Source of the DNA: Bugula neritina
Taxonomy: Eukaryota; Animalia; Bryozoa
DNA: 64,000 nucleotides
Assembly: GCA_964035545.1 (NCBI GenBank)
Contig: OZ037770.1
Location: forward strand, 12,390,642-12,454,641
Reading direction: 5' to 3'
A model generated the notes under the pieces. The model was not told where the DNA came from, did not search any database, and saw nothing but the letters and a program-made list of their open reading frames with translations. The first letter of the stretch is position 1. Each line of letters opens with the position of its first letter. Shown piece by piece: positions 36,694-48,310 of this stretch. Made by a program: the position numbers and the translations under genes.

Positions 36694-39600
36694 TCTCTCT
36701 CTCTCTTGCAGTCAGTCGATACGACTATGACTGTTTTATGGATTAAACTTAGATTTGGTTGCAGCTCTCCACGCAGCTCTGTTGTCAGCTGTCTGCTGCC
36801 ATGAACTCAAGTTTATTGCTCTCCATTTCATATTCCTCTTAGCAACATCTTTAAGTCTGAGTCTAGGTTGCCCTGTATTTCTTTTACCCTCTTTCAGCTG
36901 AGAGTAGAGCAATTGTCTTGGTAGCCGGCTATGTTCCATCCTGTGCACATGGCCTAGCCATCTCAAGTTCTTTTCTATAAGGATGTCGGCCATGCTTGGC
37001 AAATTGGCACGTCTTAATATTTCTTCATTCGTAACTTTGTTATACCATTTTACAGCCATTATGTCTCTCAGTTGTCTCATCATGAAAGCGCTTAGCTTCT
37101 TCACCTGTGTCCTGTATATTGTCCATGTTTCTGCTCCATACAGCAGGCTTGAGAGCACCACCGCTCTGTAGACTTTACACTTTACCCTGATGGATACGTG
37201 TCTGTTGTTCCAGAGTCTCTGCTGCAGCTTACCGTAAGCCGCACTTGCTTTGCCTAATCTGTTCCGTAGCTCTTTATCTATTTTTGCCGTACAGGAAACA
37301 GTGCTTCCTAGATAAGTAAAGTCTGAGGCAAGTACAACTGGTTCTTGATCTATCATGACAACTTCAGGTTCAGGTGGAGGGTGGATGAGTTTGATTGGCT
37401 GGTACATGCATTCTGTCTTTTTTATGTTGATTTTTAAGCTAAACTGAGCCGCTGCTTTTGCAAAGTTGTTCACTAGCACCTGCATATCTGCAGCGCAATG
37501 TGTCACCAAAGCACTGTCATCAGCAAACAACATCTCTCTGACTAGGTGTTTGGTAGTACGGGTCTTAGACTTGAACTGAGCCACATCAAAGAGGTCGGCC
37601 CCATGTCGAGTTTGAATATAAATCCCTTCATTTACATTTTGAAATGCCACCTCAAGCATAGCGGTCAAGTATAATGAAAATAGTGTTGGCGCAAGAACAC
37701 ACCCCTGCTTGACACCATTGGTTACTGCAAACTCATTTGAAGCATCTCTACCTTGCACTACCTTGGCTTGCATGCCTGCATGAAGAGCTTTTATCAGGTT
37801 GGTGACCTTCTCAGTTAAGCCAAACTTCTTCAGTACCCTCCAGAGGCCATCTCTTGATACTGTATCAAAGGCTTTTGTAAAGTCTATAAATACAGCATAC
37901 AGCTCCATGTTTTGTTCAGCACATTTTTCTTGAATTTGGCGAAAGCTAAATATCATATCAATGGTGCTCTTGCTGTTTCGAAAGCCACACTGTGTTTCTG
38001 GAAGTATTCCTGGAGTTATATTTACATTGATTTTGTTGAGGATGATACGGGCCATAATCTTTCCAGCTATAGACAAAAGCAAGATTCCTCTATAATTACC
38101 ACGGTCCTTCCTACTACCCTTTTTAAAAATGGGCACAATGTTCGCATTTTTCCAGTTCTGTGGCATCTTCTCATTACTCCATATATAAGCAATCAGATCA
38201 TATAGTCTCTCTTTAAGCCTGATTCCACCGTACTTCCACACCTCAGCTGGAATGCCACATTCTCCAGGAGATTTATTCTCCTTGGTTGCATCTATAGCAT
38301 CCAGAAGCTCATCAAAACTTGGCATATCATCTAGGCTTAAATTGGGTGGCATATCTGTGAGACTATTGAGAGCTTCCTGATCCACTTCCCCTGGTACATT
38401 CAGCAACAGGTCAAAATGTTGGGCGAACCTTTTTAAGGTATCATTCTTTGCTGTAAGTACTGTTTTACCACTTTGGTCCAGCAATTGGGCGATTCCCCTG
38501 TTCTGTGGCCCATAGACTTCTCTAAGGCCATTGTAAAATGCCTTCATGTTGTTTTTATCAGCTGCCTGTTGGAGTGATTCTGCTTTTTCCTCCCACCATT
38601 GAGACTTTTTCTCTCGAGTGTATTTTTGCAGCTTGCTGCGTGCTTGCGCTAATCGGTCAGTGCTACTTCTTGTTCTTCTCTGTAGTGCTTTTGATTTAGC
38701 CTTATTTCGTTCATTAAGTAATGCATTCAGCTTTGCATCATTGTCATCAAACCAATCTTGATGCTTTCTTTCTGCTCTACCTAAGACTTTGGTAGCTGTG
38801 TTGAAGGCTGAGATCTTTAACCTTCCCCATCTCTCTTCTAAGGTTACACCATCATCATCTCTATAGTCCATTGCCTTATCCATCTGTTTCTGAAACTCCT
38901 GTAGCATATCCTGATTTTGTAGTTTCCCCACATTGAGTTTGCATGCGGAGTTCCCTCTTGTCTTGTTCTTTGCTTTCCTTAATGCAAATGCTAGCTTGGA
39001 CCTGATCATGGTATGGTCAGTTGAGCAATCAGCACCTCTCATTGCTCTAGTATCTAGCACATCATTCTGGTCTTTCCGTCTTGTAATCACATAATCGAGG
39101 AGGTGCCAATGCTGAGAACGTGGGTGCATCCAGGTGACTTTATGATGCTGCCTGTGCTTAAATACTGTGTTCGTGATAACAAGCTGGTATTCAGAACAGA
39201 ATGCCAGTAGCAGCTCTCCATTTGTGTTACATTTTCCAATTCCTTGATTACCAATAACGCCTGGCCAATTTTGAGCTTCACACCCTACTCTTGCATTAAA
39301 GTCACCGGCTATAATCAGTTTGTCTGTGATAGATATATTCTTTACTGTTTCTCTCAATTTATTGTAAAACTCCTCTTTCTTTTCTTCCGTATTTGTCATT
39401 GTTGGAGCGTAAGCACTCACTATTGTCACATAATGATTCTTTTTCAGTGGAAGTCTCATGCTTATAATTCTATCACTTATTGCTGTTGGTTCTTGCTCTA
39501 GATAAGGCATAATTGTATTCCTGATAGCAAACCACACCCCTGATTCTCTTCTTTCTTCCTCGCCTTTTCCACTCCAAAAGAATGTGTACCCATTATCAAC

Positions 39601-40260
39601 AAGGCTATCATTCAGGGCAAGCCGAGTTTCACACAAAGCTGCAATGTCGAAATCATATCGGCCCAGCTCTTTTGCAACAAGTGCTGTCTGCCTCTCTGGT
39701 CTTTTTGAATTATTCCGGTCTAGTAATGTTCTAACATTCCATTCTGCTAGTCTCAGAACTTTTCTGAACTTTCCATTGCGTCCTAGCTGACTTTTCACTG
39801 GCTGCCGGAGCGGGAGCAGACCAGCGCGAACCTTGTTAACCCGGGCGACGTTCGTGCCGGTATCAAATACTGTTTCCATTGTCATAGTCCATAAAACTGC
39901 ATGCGAAGTGGTTAAGTGAACTTGGCTTTCGCGTTACCATGTTCTCTCTCTCGGCAGGGTGTAAATGGGATCTAGCGGCAAGAACAGGTCAAGACATGCT
40001 AGCATTTACAACCTGCTGCAGTGGCTGGCCGTTATACACGTTTGTCTGTACACGCCCTTGAGGGCTGCCACAGATACCCACTGGAATGGTCTTTCAGATT
40101 TTTAGTAGATGTTATTTTTAGTTCTACATGGATGTCCAGTACACCCTCCCTAATGTCAAGACATTAGGGGGTATCGGTTTAGTCGCCGACAGTCCGACCC
40201 ATGGAACAGGTAGTACCGGTTACATGGTTACCGGTAGCAGATTAAACACCTGACCTGACC
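36694..40260 (-). mobile_element. Full-length RTE-clade non-LTR retrotransposon inserted in a TA/TACA microsatellite
   Basis: Single ORF with APE endonuclease + RT, ~375-nt 5' UTR, ~30-nt 3' UTR hairpin, (GA)n tail; flanks rejoin to match the paralogous site at ~27390-27900. Confidence 0.93.
36736..39885 (-). CDS. RTE LINE ORF: apurinic-like endonuclease + reverse transcriptase (1049 aa, open)
   Basis: EN motifs WNVRTL, ALCETRL, SAYAPT, GDFNARVG, LLDYVI, STDH; RT motifs QCGFR, FIDFTKAFDTV, GVKQGCVLAPTLF, LFADD, FTYLGS; RTE-type tail LRWLGHVHRM. Confidence 0.96.
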   Translation of the reverse strand: MTMETVFDTGTNVARVNKVRAGLLPLRQPVKSQLGRNGKFRKVLRLAEWNVRTLLDRNNSKRPERQTALVAKELGRYDFDIAALCETRLALNDSLVDNGYTFFWSGKGEEERRESGVWFAIRNTIMPYLEQEPTAISDRIISMRLPLKKNHYVTIVSAYAPTMTNTEEKKEEFYNKLRETVKNISITDKLIIAGDFNARVGCEAQNWPGVIGNQGIGKCNTNGELLLAFCSEYQLVITNTVFKHRQHHKVTWMHPRSQHWHLLDYVITRRKDQNDVLDTRAMRGADCSTDHTMIRSKLAFALRKAKNKTRGNSACKLNVGKLQNQDMLQEFQKQMDKAMDYRDDDGVTLEERWGRLKISAFNTATKVLGRAERKHQDWFDDNDAKLNALLNERNKAKSKALQRRTRSSTDRLAQARSKLQKYTREKKSQWWEEKAESLQQAADKNNMKAFYNGLREVYGPQNRGIAQLLDQSGKTVLTAKNDTLKRFAQHFDLLLNVPGEVDQEALNSLTDMPPNLSLDDMPSFDELLDAIDATKENKSPGECGIPAEVWKYGGIRLKERLYDLIAYIWSNEKMPQNWKNANIVPIFKKGSRKDRGNYRGILLLSIAGKIMARIILNKINVNITPGILPETQCGFRNSKSTIDMIFSFRQIQEKCAEQNMELYAVFIDFTKAFDTVSRDGLWRVLKKFGLTEKVTNLIKALHAGMQAKVVQGRDASNEFAVTNGVKQGCVLAPTLFSLYLTAMLEVAFQNVNEGIYIQTRHGADLFDVAQFKSKTRTTKHLVREMLFADDSALVTHCAADMQVLVNNFAKAAAQFSLKINIKKTECMYQPIKLIHPPPEPEVVMIDQEPVVLASDFTYLGSTVSCTAKIDKELRNRLGKASAAYGKLQQRLWNNRHVSIRVKCKVYRAVVLSSLLYGAETWTIYRTQVKKLSAFMMRQLRDIMAVKWYNKVTNEEILRRANLPSMADILIEKNLRWLGHVHRMEHSRLPRQLLYSQLKEGKRNTGQPRLRLKDVAKRNMKWRAINLSSWQQTADNRAAWRAATKSKFNP

Positions 40261-40266
40261 ATACAC

Positions 40267-40346
<80 letters not shown>
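40261..40346. repeat. (TA)n microsatellite, right half of the LINE insertion site; left half is (TACA)n/(TA)n at 36630-36693
   Basis: Directly visible. Confidence 0.95.
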
Positions 40347-40349
<3 letters not shown>

Positions 40350-40622
40350 CTCGGATATTTAACCACTTCACTTTAGGTTGATGTTGCTTTATTAATTTCC
40401 TATCTCAAAATGAAGTAATTTTAATCAATACGGCTTCTTTCAAATTAAAAACACATTTTAAAAGAAATAAAATATACATCCTTTGTAATAGTTCATTTGG
40501 CGTTTCTAGGATAAGTATATTGCAATGAAACAGTCAATAAATTATAAACACATATAAAGGTGAGTTAACTATATTATTTTGATTATAAACATCATCATTT
40601 GGCTGTTGGAGGTATTGAAATA

Positions 40623-43315
40623 ATGTTCAGAAAATTCATGACATGCAAATTTAGTAAGTTATTTTTAATATTATTTAATAGTTTTGCACGATATACGGTA
40701 TAAATCAGTATATGAGAGTTTCGAAGAGTATACAATAAAGTGAATATATTATAAAACCTACCATGTGTTTTTGTCGTTTAGGTATTTTATGTGTATATAT
40801 TCAATGTCCCTTAATTACTGAGGTTGTTGTATATATATATAGTATAATATATATAATATGCTGTGGGCAATAAACACCATGCAAGCATGTTTAAAAAATA
40901 AAAACAGTCAGCAATTGCGAGTAAATAGAAAATCCAAAATTAAAGTCCTATAGTATAATTATAGTATATAGCACATGTTGTTTTATACTGCAGTTGGTGA
41001 CATCGTATTGATATTTGTGCCTACAGCTGTAATATTATATAAAGCATCATTTTCTTGTGTAAATAATTTTAGTTACATTAAAAGAGTTATAAGTCAAAGA
41101 GAGAGTTCATAGATAGTTTTTTGGACTGTGTGCAAAGCTTCTGCACATTTCTGTTCAATAATGTTCCCTGTTTTCTGTTCTCTGCTTATCTTCTGCAAAA
41201 TTATAACAACTCTGTGATAATAAAATTGATTGAATGCTTTTTTATATACTTTCAGTGGTGTTGGTACAGCTTACAGCTCTGGCTGCATTTGGTTACCAGA
41301 CTGTCCTCTACAAGAGTTATGTCATGCCAGAATTTTTATCCAACATTCCCCAGCATGACTCTGGGACAGCCATCTCTACCAGCTACTGTGGCTTTGATTG
41401 TATGAGAAGAAAAGAATGCAATGGATTCACATATGATTGGCTAACCAAGAAGTGCTCTGTTAAAACATGTGTTAACCCGAATCAGTATTCTGAAGGACAG
41501 GGAGACGATTCTGATTTCTACATCAGAGTAAATGTGGGAGAAAGATTCAGTAAATTACTGGCTAGGCGTAAGCATATTTACTTACAATAACTTTTTTAGT
41601 TTATTTTAAAAAGATTTTATTTATAAAAATCATTGGTATAAAAGTTTCCATTAACTGCCAAATTCAGCAATAATCTAAACAAATGCTTTTCAAAATTGTA
41701 ATTAAAATTGCTATAAAGCAGCAGAGACCTAACAACAACTATAGTTTTTTCTAATTTCTATCACAAGCACAATTATTTATGCTGTAACTCACTGTCAGAT
41801 TGCCTTAATGATTCCGTTTTTCAACTTTACAGATAAGTCAGCAAAGCTGTCTTCTGTTCTTCTTGATGCTATAGAAGGTGCATCTGTGTTTGAAGCGGAG
41901 AAGGCCGTTGATGGAATCTATGAACTACCAGAAGATGTTTTGTCGATGGTGCACAGCAAATCAGAGACCAGACCATGGTGGAGAGTAGACCTGGGAGATG
42001 TACACTGTGTCTGGGCTGTCAACATTTTGAACAGATATGGTAATAAGTAAACTTGTCTTGGAAACAAAAATATGTTTTATAATTTTATAGTTGTTGACAT
42101 CTGCTTGCGGCTTTATAAGTACATATTGTAATAGTACGGTAACCCATACTCTGCGATAGTAACATAGCCCCAGTTTAAATATTACTTCAAGTTGATTTTA
42201 ACACAATAAACAATAATCAGTCAAACAAACTTCTTTAAAGATTGGGATCAACTAAAGAATATATACCACAAAGCATGAAGTAAGCGATTTTACTAATTTA
42301 AATGGCTTAAAATCTTTGGAAATATGTTCAATCAAGTTAGTCTGCCTAAGCTATAAACTATTCGTCTTGCACTTGCAAATCCACACCGTTTGGATTTTGT
42401 CCCATCTGTGGTGTATATAAGGGTTAGAGGGCTGGTCTAGTGAAACACAGGGTCACTGCAGTAGTAGGGTTCAAACACCGAGTGTGATGTTAGGAAGAGC
42501 ATCCAGTCATAATAGTTCTTGTGCTACATTTAAACACGACACTTAAAATACTATTTTTTCAGGGCTTCTCATGCACACGTGTAGCGACTGTAAACTTGCA
42601 CGTGTTTTCCAAGTTCTGGTATATGTTGTTCCAAAAGCTAGATCTACGAATACTCCAACAATTACAGTTATAATTCATTAAAACTATGTAATAGTTAGTC
42701 AGTAAACTTAATGAAAAAGTGTTTTAATTTTCATCTTCCGCACAATGCGCCACTATACGATGCAGTTTTCCATGTATTCAACCACGCAGTCAGGCTTTGT
42801 TAGACTTTAATGAGGGCTAATGTTATAATTGCTATAAGTTTAAATTTGTTCATGTTTATTTTCAATGCTCAAATGTAGCTTATATGAACGCAATTGTAAG
42901 CGCTTTATCATGTTTCTACTAATCATACAAATAAAATACGTCTATAAAAATCAGATCTTGCGAAGTTCTTGCGTGAGATATTTTGTTGTGGTTTTAGGTG
43001 TATTTAGACAAACTTTGCATTGCAAATCTTTTTAGCAAATGAATGAAGAAAGCTTAGTATAAAAATTATCTTTTTTTAGAATCTGGATACGGTCAGAAAT
43101 CAATCAACACAGAAGTAACAGTGGCTATGGTAGAGGAAGATATAGAGTTTACTGGATCTAACAGAGAAGTTCTGTGTAAATATGTTGATGGTTATCTCAA
43201 CAGATACTACACTCTGATTACATGTGATCAACCAATCAGTGGCCGCTTTGTTCAGATTCTGTTTAATGCTACAACTTGGTTAAATCTTTGCGAAATAGAG
43301 GTTCATGGTTATTAG
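40623..43315 (+). CDS. PAN/apple + F-type lectin gene copy L4 (segmental duplicate of L2), probably intact
   Basis: Exons 40623-40653, 41256-41567, 41833-42039, 43080-43315. The donor homologous to L2 a|gtaagt reads a|ataagt, but an in-phase g|gtaata lies 3 nt upstream. Confidence 0.8.
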
Positions 43316-44281
43316 GAGCTTTTGAGGTCGTCACTGCACGCTATATATATGTTAGAATTATTAGTCTACTGTGCTTGGTTGTGTATATGTATGCAGCCCA
43401 ATTATTAATTAAACAAACGCAAGTCTTTCTAACACCCATACTAAGGACTTTCAACGATTTTCTGGTTTCAGCTGCATGCTGAATAAAATAATTATAACTT
43501 ATAAAGCTATTCATTGTACGTTATGAGTTGTGTGTAGTCAACATTATATGTTAGTTGTTGTTTAACAGGTATGTATTTTGGTGCACAAATGCTAACCTGA
43601 AGTAAAGTTAACTATAATAATGTATTATAAATTTTATATTAAATAATAAATGTTCTCTTTCACCTGCTGCAAGTGGTTCTTATTAGCATAACCATGTTTT
43701 ATATGCATCAAACAGTTCAATTAATGTCATTATATTTCCTAATAATTTTAATCAGCTATTGAAACACCTTAATTATATGCTTCATAAAAAGGCTATACAA
43801 TATTCAATCTGCTAAAAAAACGTCTTGCTTGATGCAAACAAAAAGTAATTTTACTTATTTGGTTAAAGAGCATATTATATGACACAAAATGTTTTTGCTA
43901 TTTAAATATAGCCATTTATATATTATATTATACAACAATATTTATATTATATTACATAATCTAGTAGATACTTTCAATTTATTTTAATTGTTGTTTACAA
44001 AAACTAAACACTGAGCTATTAAGGCTGACTAAAACTTGCACCATTTATCCAACAGAAATATGACATGAACATAGTCTAATTGGTGTATGCAGCACTACGT
44101 TTCTACTGCCTTGTGAATGAATGCTCTGCGGATGAACTAATGATTGTGCCTTCAAACATTAAATAAAAACCTATTGCATAATAATCAATAAATAATTAGC
44201 CTTTCTATGATTATATCGCCACTGCTTTCACAAGAAGGTCAATAACGCACTATGTGCTATATATATATATACTCTTTCTCT

Positions 44282-44544
44282 ATTCACACTTAGCCGCATG
44301 CACCGTAGGCGGTAACGAAAATTGTCAGCCAATTTTACAAATGTCAGAGCTTCCTGTACGGCACTTCCGTATTTTGGGACCAAGCACTAACAAACAGGAA
44401 GACTTCGCATCAATTTATTGAATATAAATGTCTAATGAAGTGTCATAGATCGTACCCAATAGCGCACTTGAAGAACTGCAGCCCGGACACATCAAAATTG
44501 GCTGATATTTTACGTTATGGCCTACAGTGGGGCAAAGTGTAAAT
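44282..44544. mobile_element. MITE-like element with ~50-bp imperfect terminal inverted repeats
   Basis: Left acacttagccgca..caccgtaggcggtaacgaaaattgtcagccaatttt vs reverse complement of right acactttgccccactgtaggccataacgtaaaatatcagccaatttt. Confidence 0.75.
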
Positions 44545-45271
44545 GATGGGTATAAGAGTTTGCATTCTCTAATTGCCAATAGCTAGCTCAAGCATATACA
44601 TGCTAGCAGATAATCCAAATGGTTGCAGAGTGTAGTGTTTTTCTACAACCAATCACATTGATCCAATTGGCTAATAGATAAATAAACCTTACTATAATCC
44701 ATTTATTACATGTGATTATTTTATGACTCCAGGTTCAGTAAAGTTCCATGTTTATATTTATCATTAAATCAATTAAACTGCACTTAGAAAGTTTCTACAA
44801 AATACTTCTATGTATATGCTTTGTTTTTTTTAGAATGTTATTTTCATCTATACTTGATAATCCACAACGTCTATTTATGGCACAGTTTATTGAAAATACA
44901 AATTAATACTACATTTTATGGTGTATTGTTCAGTCACATAACAATAATAAACACAACAATATATGTATACAAAGAAATAGGAATACATTAAAATTGTCAA
45001 AATAACTACTAAATTTCTTTTTCAAACTGCATTTCAATATTACAGATAATATTTGACTGAGGAACATGAGTTGCAAAAAGTACATGTGACGACGTATGTT
45101 TATTTGAGAGGGTTTCTTTTTTAGAATATCAGTGTACATAATACGACTGAATAAAAAATTATACCTACAAATTAAGGAATGAATACGATGACCATTCTTT
45201 TTGCGAACTTTAAAAGTGCACAAATACAATTGCCTTTTAAATATATTGGCGGAGTAAACAGGAACGGTTTT

Positions 45272-48200
45272 TTATTTCCATAGCAACAGAGCCAAAGTTT
45301 GTTGTCTAATAACCTTGAACTTAATTTCATAAAGGTTTATAGTTGTTTCAGCATTAAACAGAATCTGAACAAAGCGGCCACTGATTGGTTGATCACATGT
45401 AATCAGAGTGTAGTATCTGTTGAGATAACCATCAACATATTTACACAGAACTTCTCTGTTAGATCCAGTAAACTCTATATCTTCCTCTACCATAGCAACT
45501 GTTACTTCTGCGTTGACGGATCTTTTAGCATATATTACTCCTAAAGCATAATTTATGCAAGTTAATTTTTTTTCATATGCAAATAATATTTTGGCATTAC
45601 ATGAAACACAAATATGATTATAGTATAAATCTAGTGTAAGAATCATTATTAAGTAATTATAAATTAAGCAATTTTATACCAGTCAGACGGTTTGGCTTAC
45701 TCGTAAATCTGTTGAGAATGTTGACAGCCCAGACACAGTGTACATCTCCCAGGTTTACTCTCCACCATGGTCTACTTTCTCTTCTACTGCTTGCTAGTGA
45801 CGCAAAGGGATCTGATGGCTCATAGATGCCATCAACAGCCATGGATGCTTGGAACGAGAGAGTTTCTTTTGAATTCTTATATTCAGAGGACAGTTGCGCT
45901 GGTTTATCTGTAGATTAATAACCAACAACATGAGCTACATGTAGCTAAAAGTATCTTTGTTGATTTAGTATTATATAGGTGTTATAGAGCTATAGGGAGC
46001 AGACTCTGTTTATACTGGTTAAAGCTTGAAACTAGTGAACTACAAGGTAAGGGGTTAGAGTTCAACCACAAGTCAATGGCTCAGTCCAATGCCTGTGGCG
46101 ATATATGAAGAGGGTCACCTATAGTGGTAATTGTAAGTACCTTTGCTGATTTTAGTGTTATAGATATTATCATAAAACCTTGGAGCACAGCTTTGGGCAG
46201 CTGATGAGGGTACAGGCCTACTGAAATAAGTACGGTGGTTTGAAAGACGTGAGTGATGTTAGGAACGGCATAAACTCATATTTGTTCCTGTCTCACGTTA
46301 CAGACATGTTAGTAACCTAATTTCAAAAAGTTCTTAGCATCAGGGCCTCTTACAGTGATGGTGATATATAAAAACACACACATCATAGATTGTATGAGAA
46401 CCGATAGTTTTTTGAAGATCAAATCTATATTCTTAGTTTTACATGTTGACAAGGATTCTTCTAAGTATTACAGCAACTGTAGAGTTTACTGCGGAAATAT
46501 ACAGCTTTTAAATCAGGTTCAAATAAATAAGTATGCTCACTTCTAGCCAGTAAGTTGCTGAATCTTTCTCCAACATCTGCTCTGATGTAGAAATCAGAAT
46601 CATCTCCCCTTCCTTCAGAATACAGATTAGGGTTAACACATGTTTTAACAGAGCACTTCTTGGTTAGCCTATCATATGTGAATCCATTGCATTCTTCTCT
46701 TCTCATACAATCAAAGCCACAGTAGCTGGTAGAGATGGCTGTCCCAGAGTCATGCTGGGGAATGTTGGATAGAAATTCTGGCATGACATAACTCTTGTAG
46801 AGGACAGTCTGGTAACCAAATACTGCCAGAGCTGTGAGCTCTACCAACACCACTGCAAAAAATAACATGGAACATAAAAGCAATTCTCAAATTGTTAGAG
46901 GTTTATAGTTACATGCAATTATTTTATAGATGATATAAATTAATTATATATATACTTTAATATAAGCTCAGCGTCTAAAATTGAGAGTGTACAGATCACA
47001 TCAATAAAACTGTGGCTTAATTGTATATTGTGTCCATACTAGAATATTGTTATTGAACAAACTGCTATAAATTGTTTACATCCACAACACAGCAAATTGA
47101 TTTGTTTAATTATTTATTCTAAATTAATTTATTTTAGTGACACATGCCACGTTGTGCTACAAAGTGATTGCATGAGGTTGTTACACATTGTGAAGCGTGA
47201 TAAATATATTTCTTCTATTTTCTGTATTTTGTGTTTTGATTTATAAAGAACTTGGTCATACCAATTTTTAATAAATATACACTCATTAGGGGTAACGGGG
47301 GGGGGGGGGGGGGGCACAACGGTCATAGGGGTACAAAAAGCCAGGCAAATTGTGAGAGAACTTATTGACTTAAAGTTGTGATTTTTTTTTCATGAAAAAG
47401 TATTGACATAAACATTCAGCCATTGTAGTTTCAACACTTGCAGAACATACGCATTGAAAAGGCGAGTAAAAAACTGTTTTTACCTACTTTTTGTAAAATT
47501 TTTAAGATGTCGTTAAAGCTTTATAACTTTTTACACTCAAAGGCAACAAGCCTACATTTTACTAATATTGTTGCCATTGCTTGTCTCTACATTGCTTAAT
47601 TATTATAACAGCAAACTCTAAAATAAATTTTCCTTGAGGCACATTTATGTTCAATTTGGCCATCCGGGGCACAATGGGCCACGCTGACCGGGGCACAATG
47701 GACCACCTGATTATTGTACCCTGGTCACTGTTATTAGTCTGTTTGCCTAAAAAGTTGGTTGAAATGTTACTAAAATCTATAGATATAGCCATTTCTGACC
47801 TTTTTGTAAAATGTCAAAGACATCATGGTGAGAAATTGTTTAAACTAATGTCGGAGTCTGATATTGGACGCTATACGAGTTCCAATATTCGGGCCTCGAC
47901 TTTCGGACAGGATCAGTGTTTGAACTTTTCCCTGTGTATAAGGAGATGAGCTCACAGGGTAGAGTCAGTCTATATTACTGGAGCTCGCCAGATAAAGACC
48001 ACTTTTACTCGCTACTTATAGAGCAATAAAGGTTTCTACACTCAAGTTCACTACCACATCTTGTTTCTTCTATACTGGAGTTATGCTCCCTACTTAAATT
48101 GCATTCTACCCACAACACCACTACAATATTTTATTGCTTGATAGTAATGCCATCTTATTTGATATAATGACAAATTATAAACCTTTAAAACAGGATATTA

Positions 48201-48310
48201 TAGCAAAATCAGTCATAGACTATTGTAAAATACAATATTTTTAAAACACTTGAAAATATTTATAGAAACTTTAACTTACGAAATCCGAATATCAGATATT
48301 TGCCAGTCAT
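45272..48310 (-). CDS. PAN/apple + F-type lectin gene copy L5; a 1-nt deletion alters the extreme C-terminus
   Basis: Exons 48280-48310 (MTGKYLIFGF), 46541-46852, 45701-45907, 45272-45540. gaaatt-aagttc vs consensus gaaattGaagttc turns EIEVQGY* into EIKFKVIRQQTLALLLWK*. Confidence 0.78.
47287..47830. mobile_element. DNA-transposon-like relic present in L5 intron 1 but not in L6
   Basis: Alignment with L6 breaks at ~47287; starts TAGGGGTAACGGGG; repeated ggggcacaa(c/t)gg motifs at ~47310, 47666, 47690; no right TIR found. Confidence 0.45.
47833..48125 (+). mobile_element. Possible solo-LTR remnant (second copy ~53525-53811)
   Basis: GC/CpG-richer block with TATA-like tataagg, AATAAA ~90 nt downstream, and ...ctaca end; 5' boundary and TSD not resolved. 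Confidence 0.3.

Noticed and set aside
36736-39885. Reverse transcriptase amid variable lectin genes as a diversity-generating retroelement
   Set aside because: The RT is an ordinary APE-bearing RTE LINE inserted after the L2/L4 duplication. There is no template/variable repeat pair, and lectin variation includes indels and all base types rather than adenine-specific changes
46195-46240. CTGATGAG...GAAA as a second hammerhead (also 52290-52330)
   Set aside because: Stems II and III do not pair and there is no NUH plus stem I; the segment is the decayed head of a SINE copy
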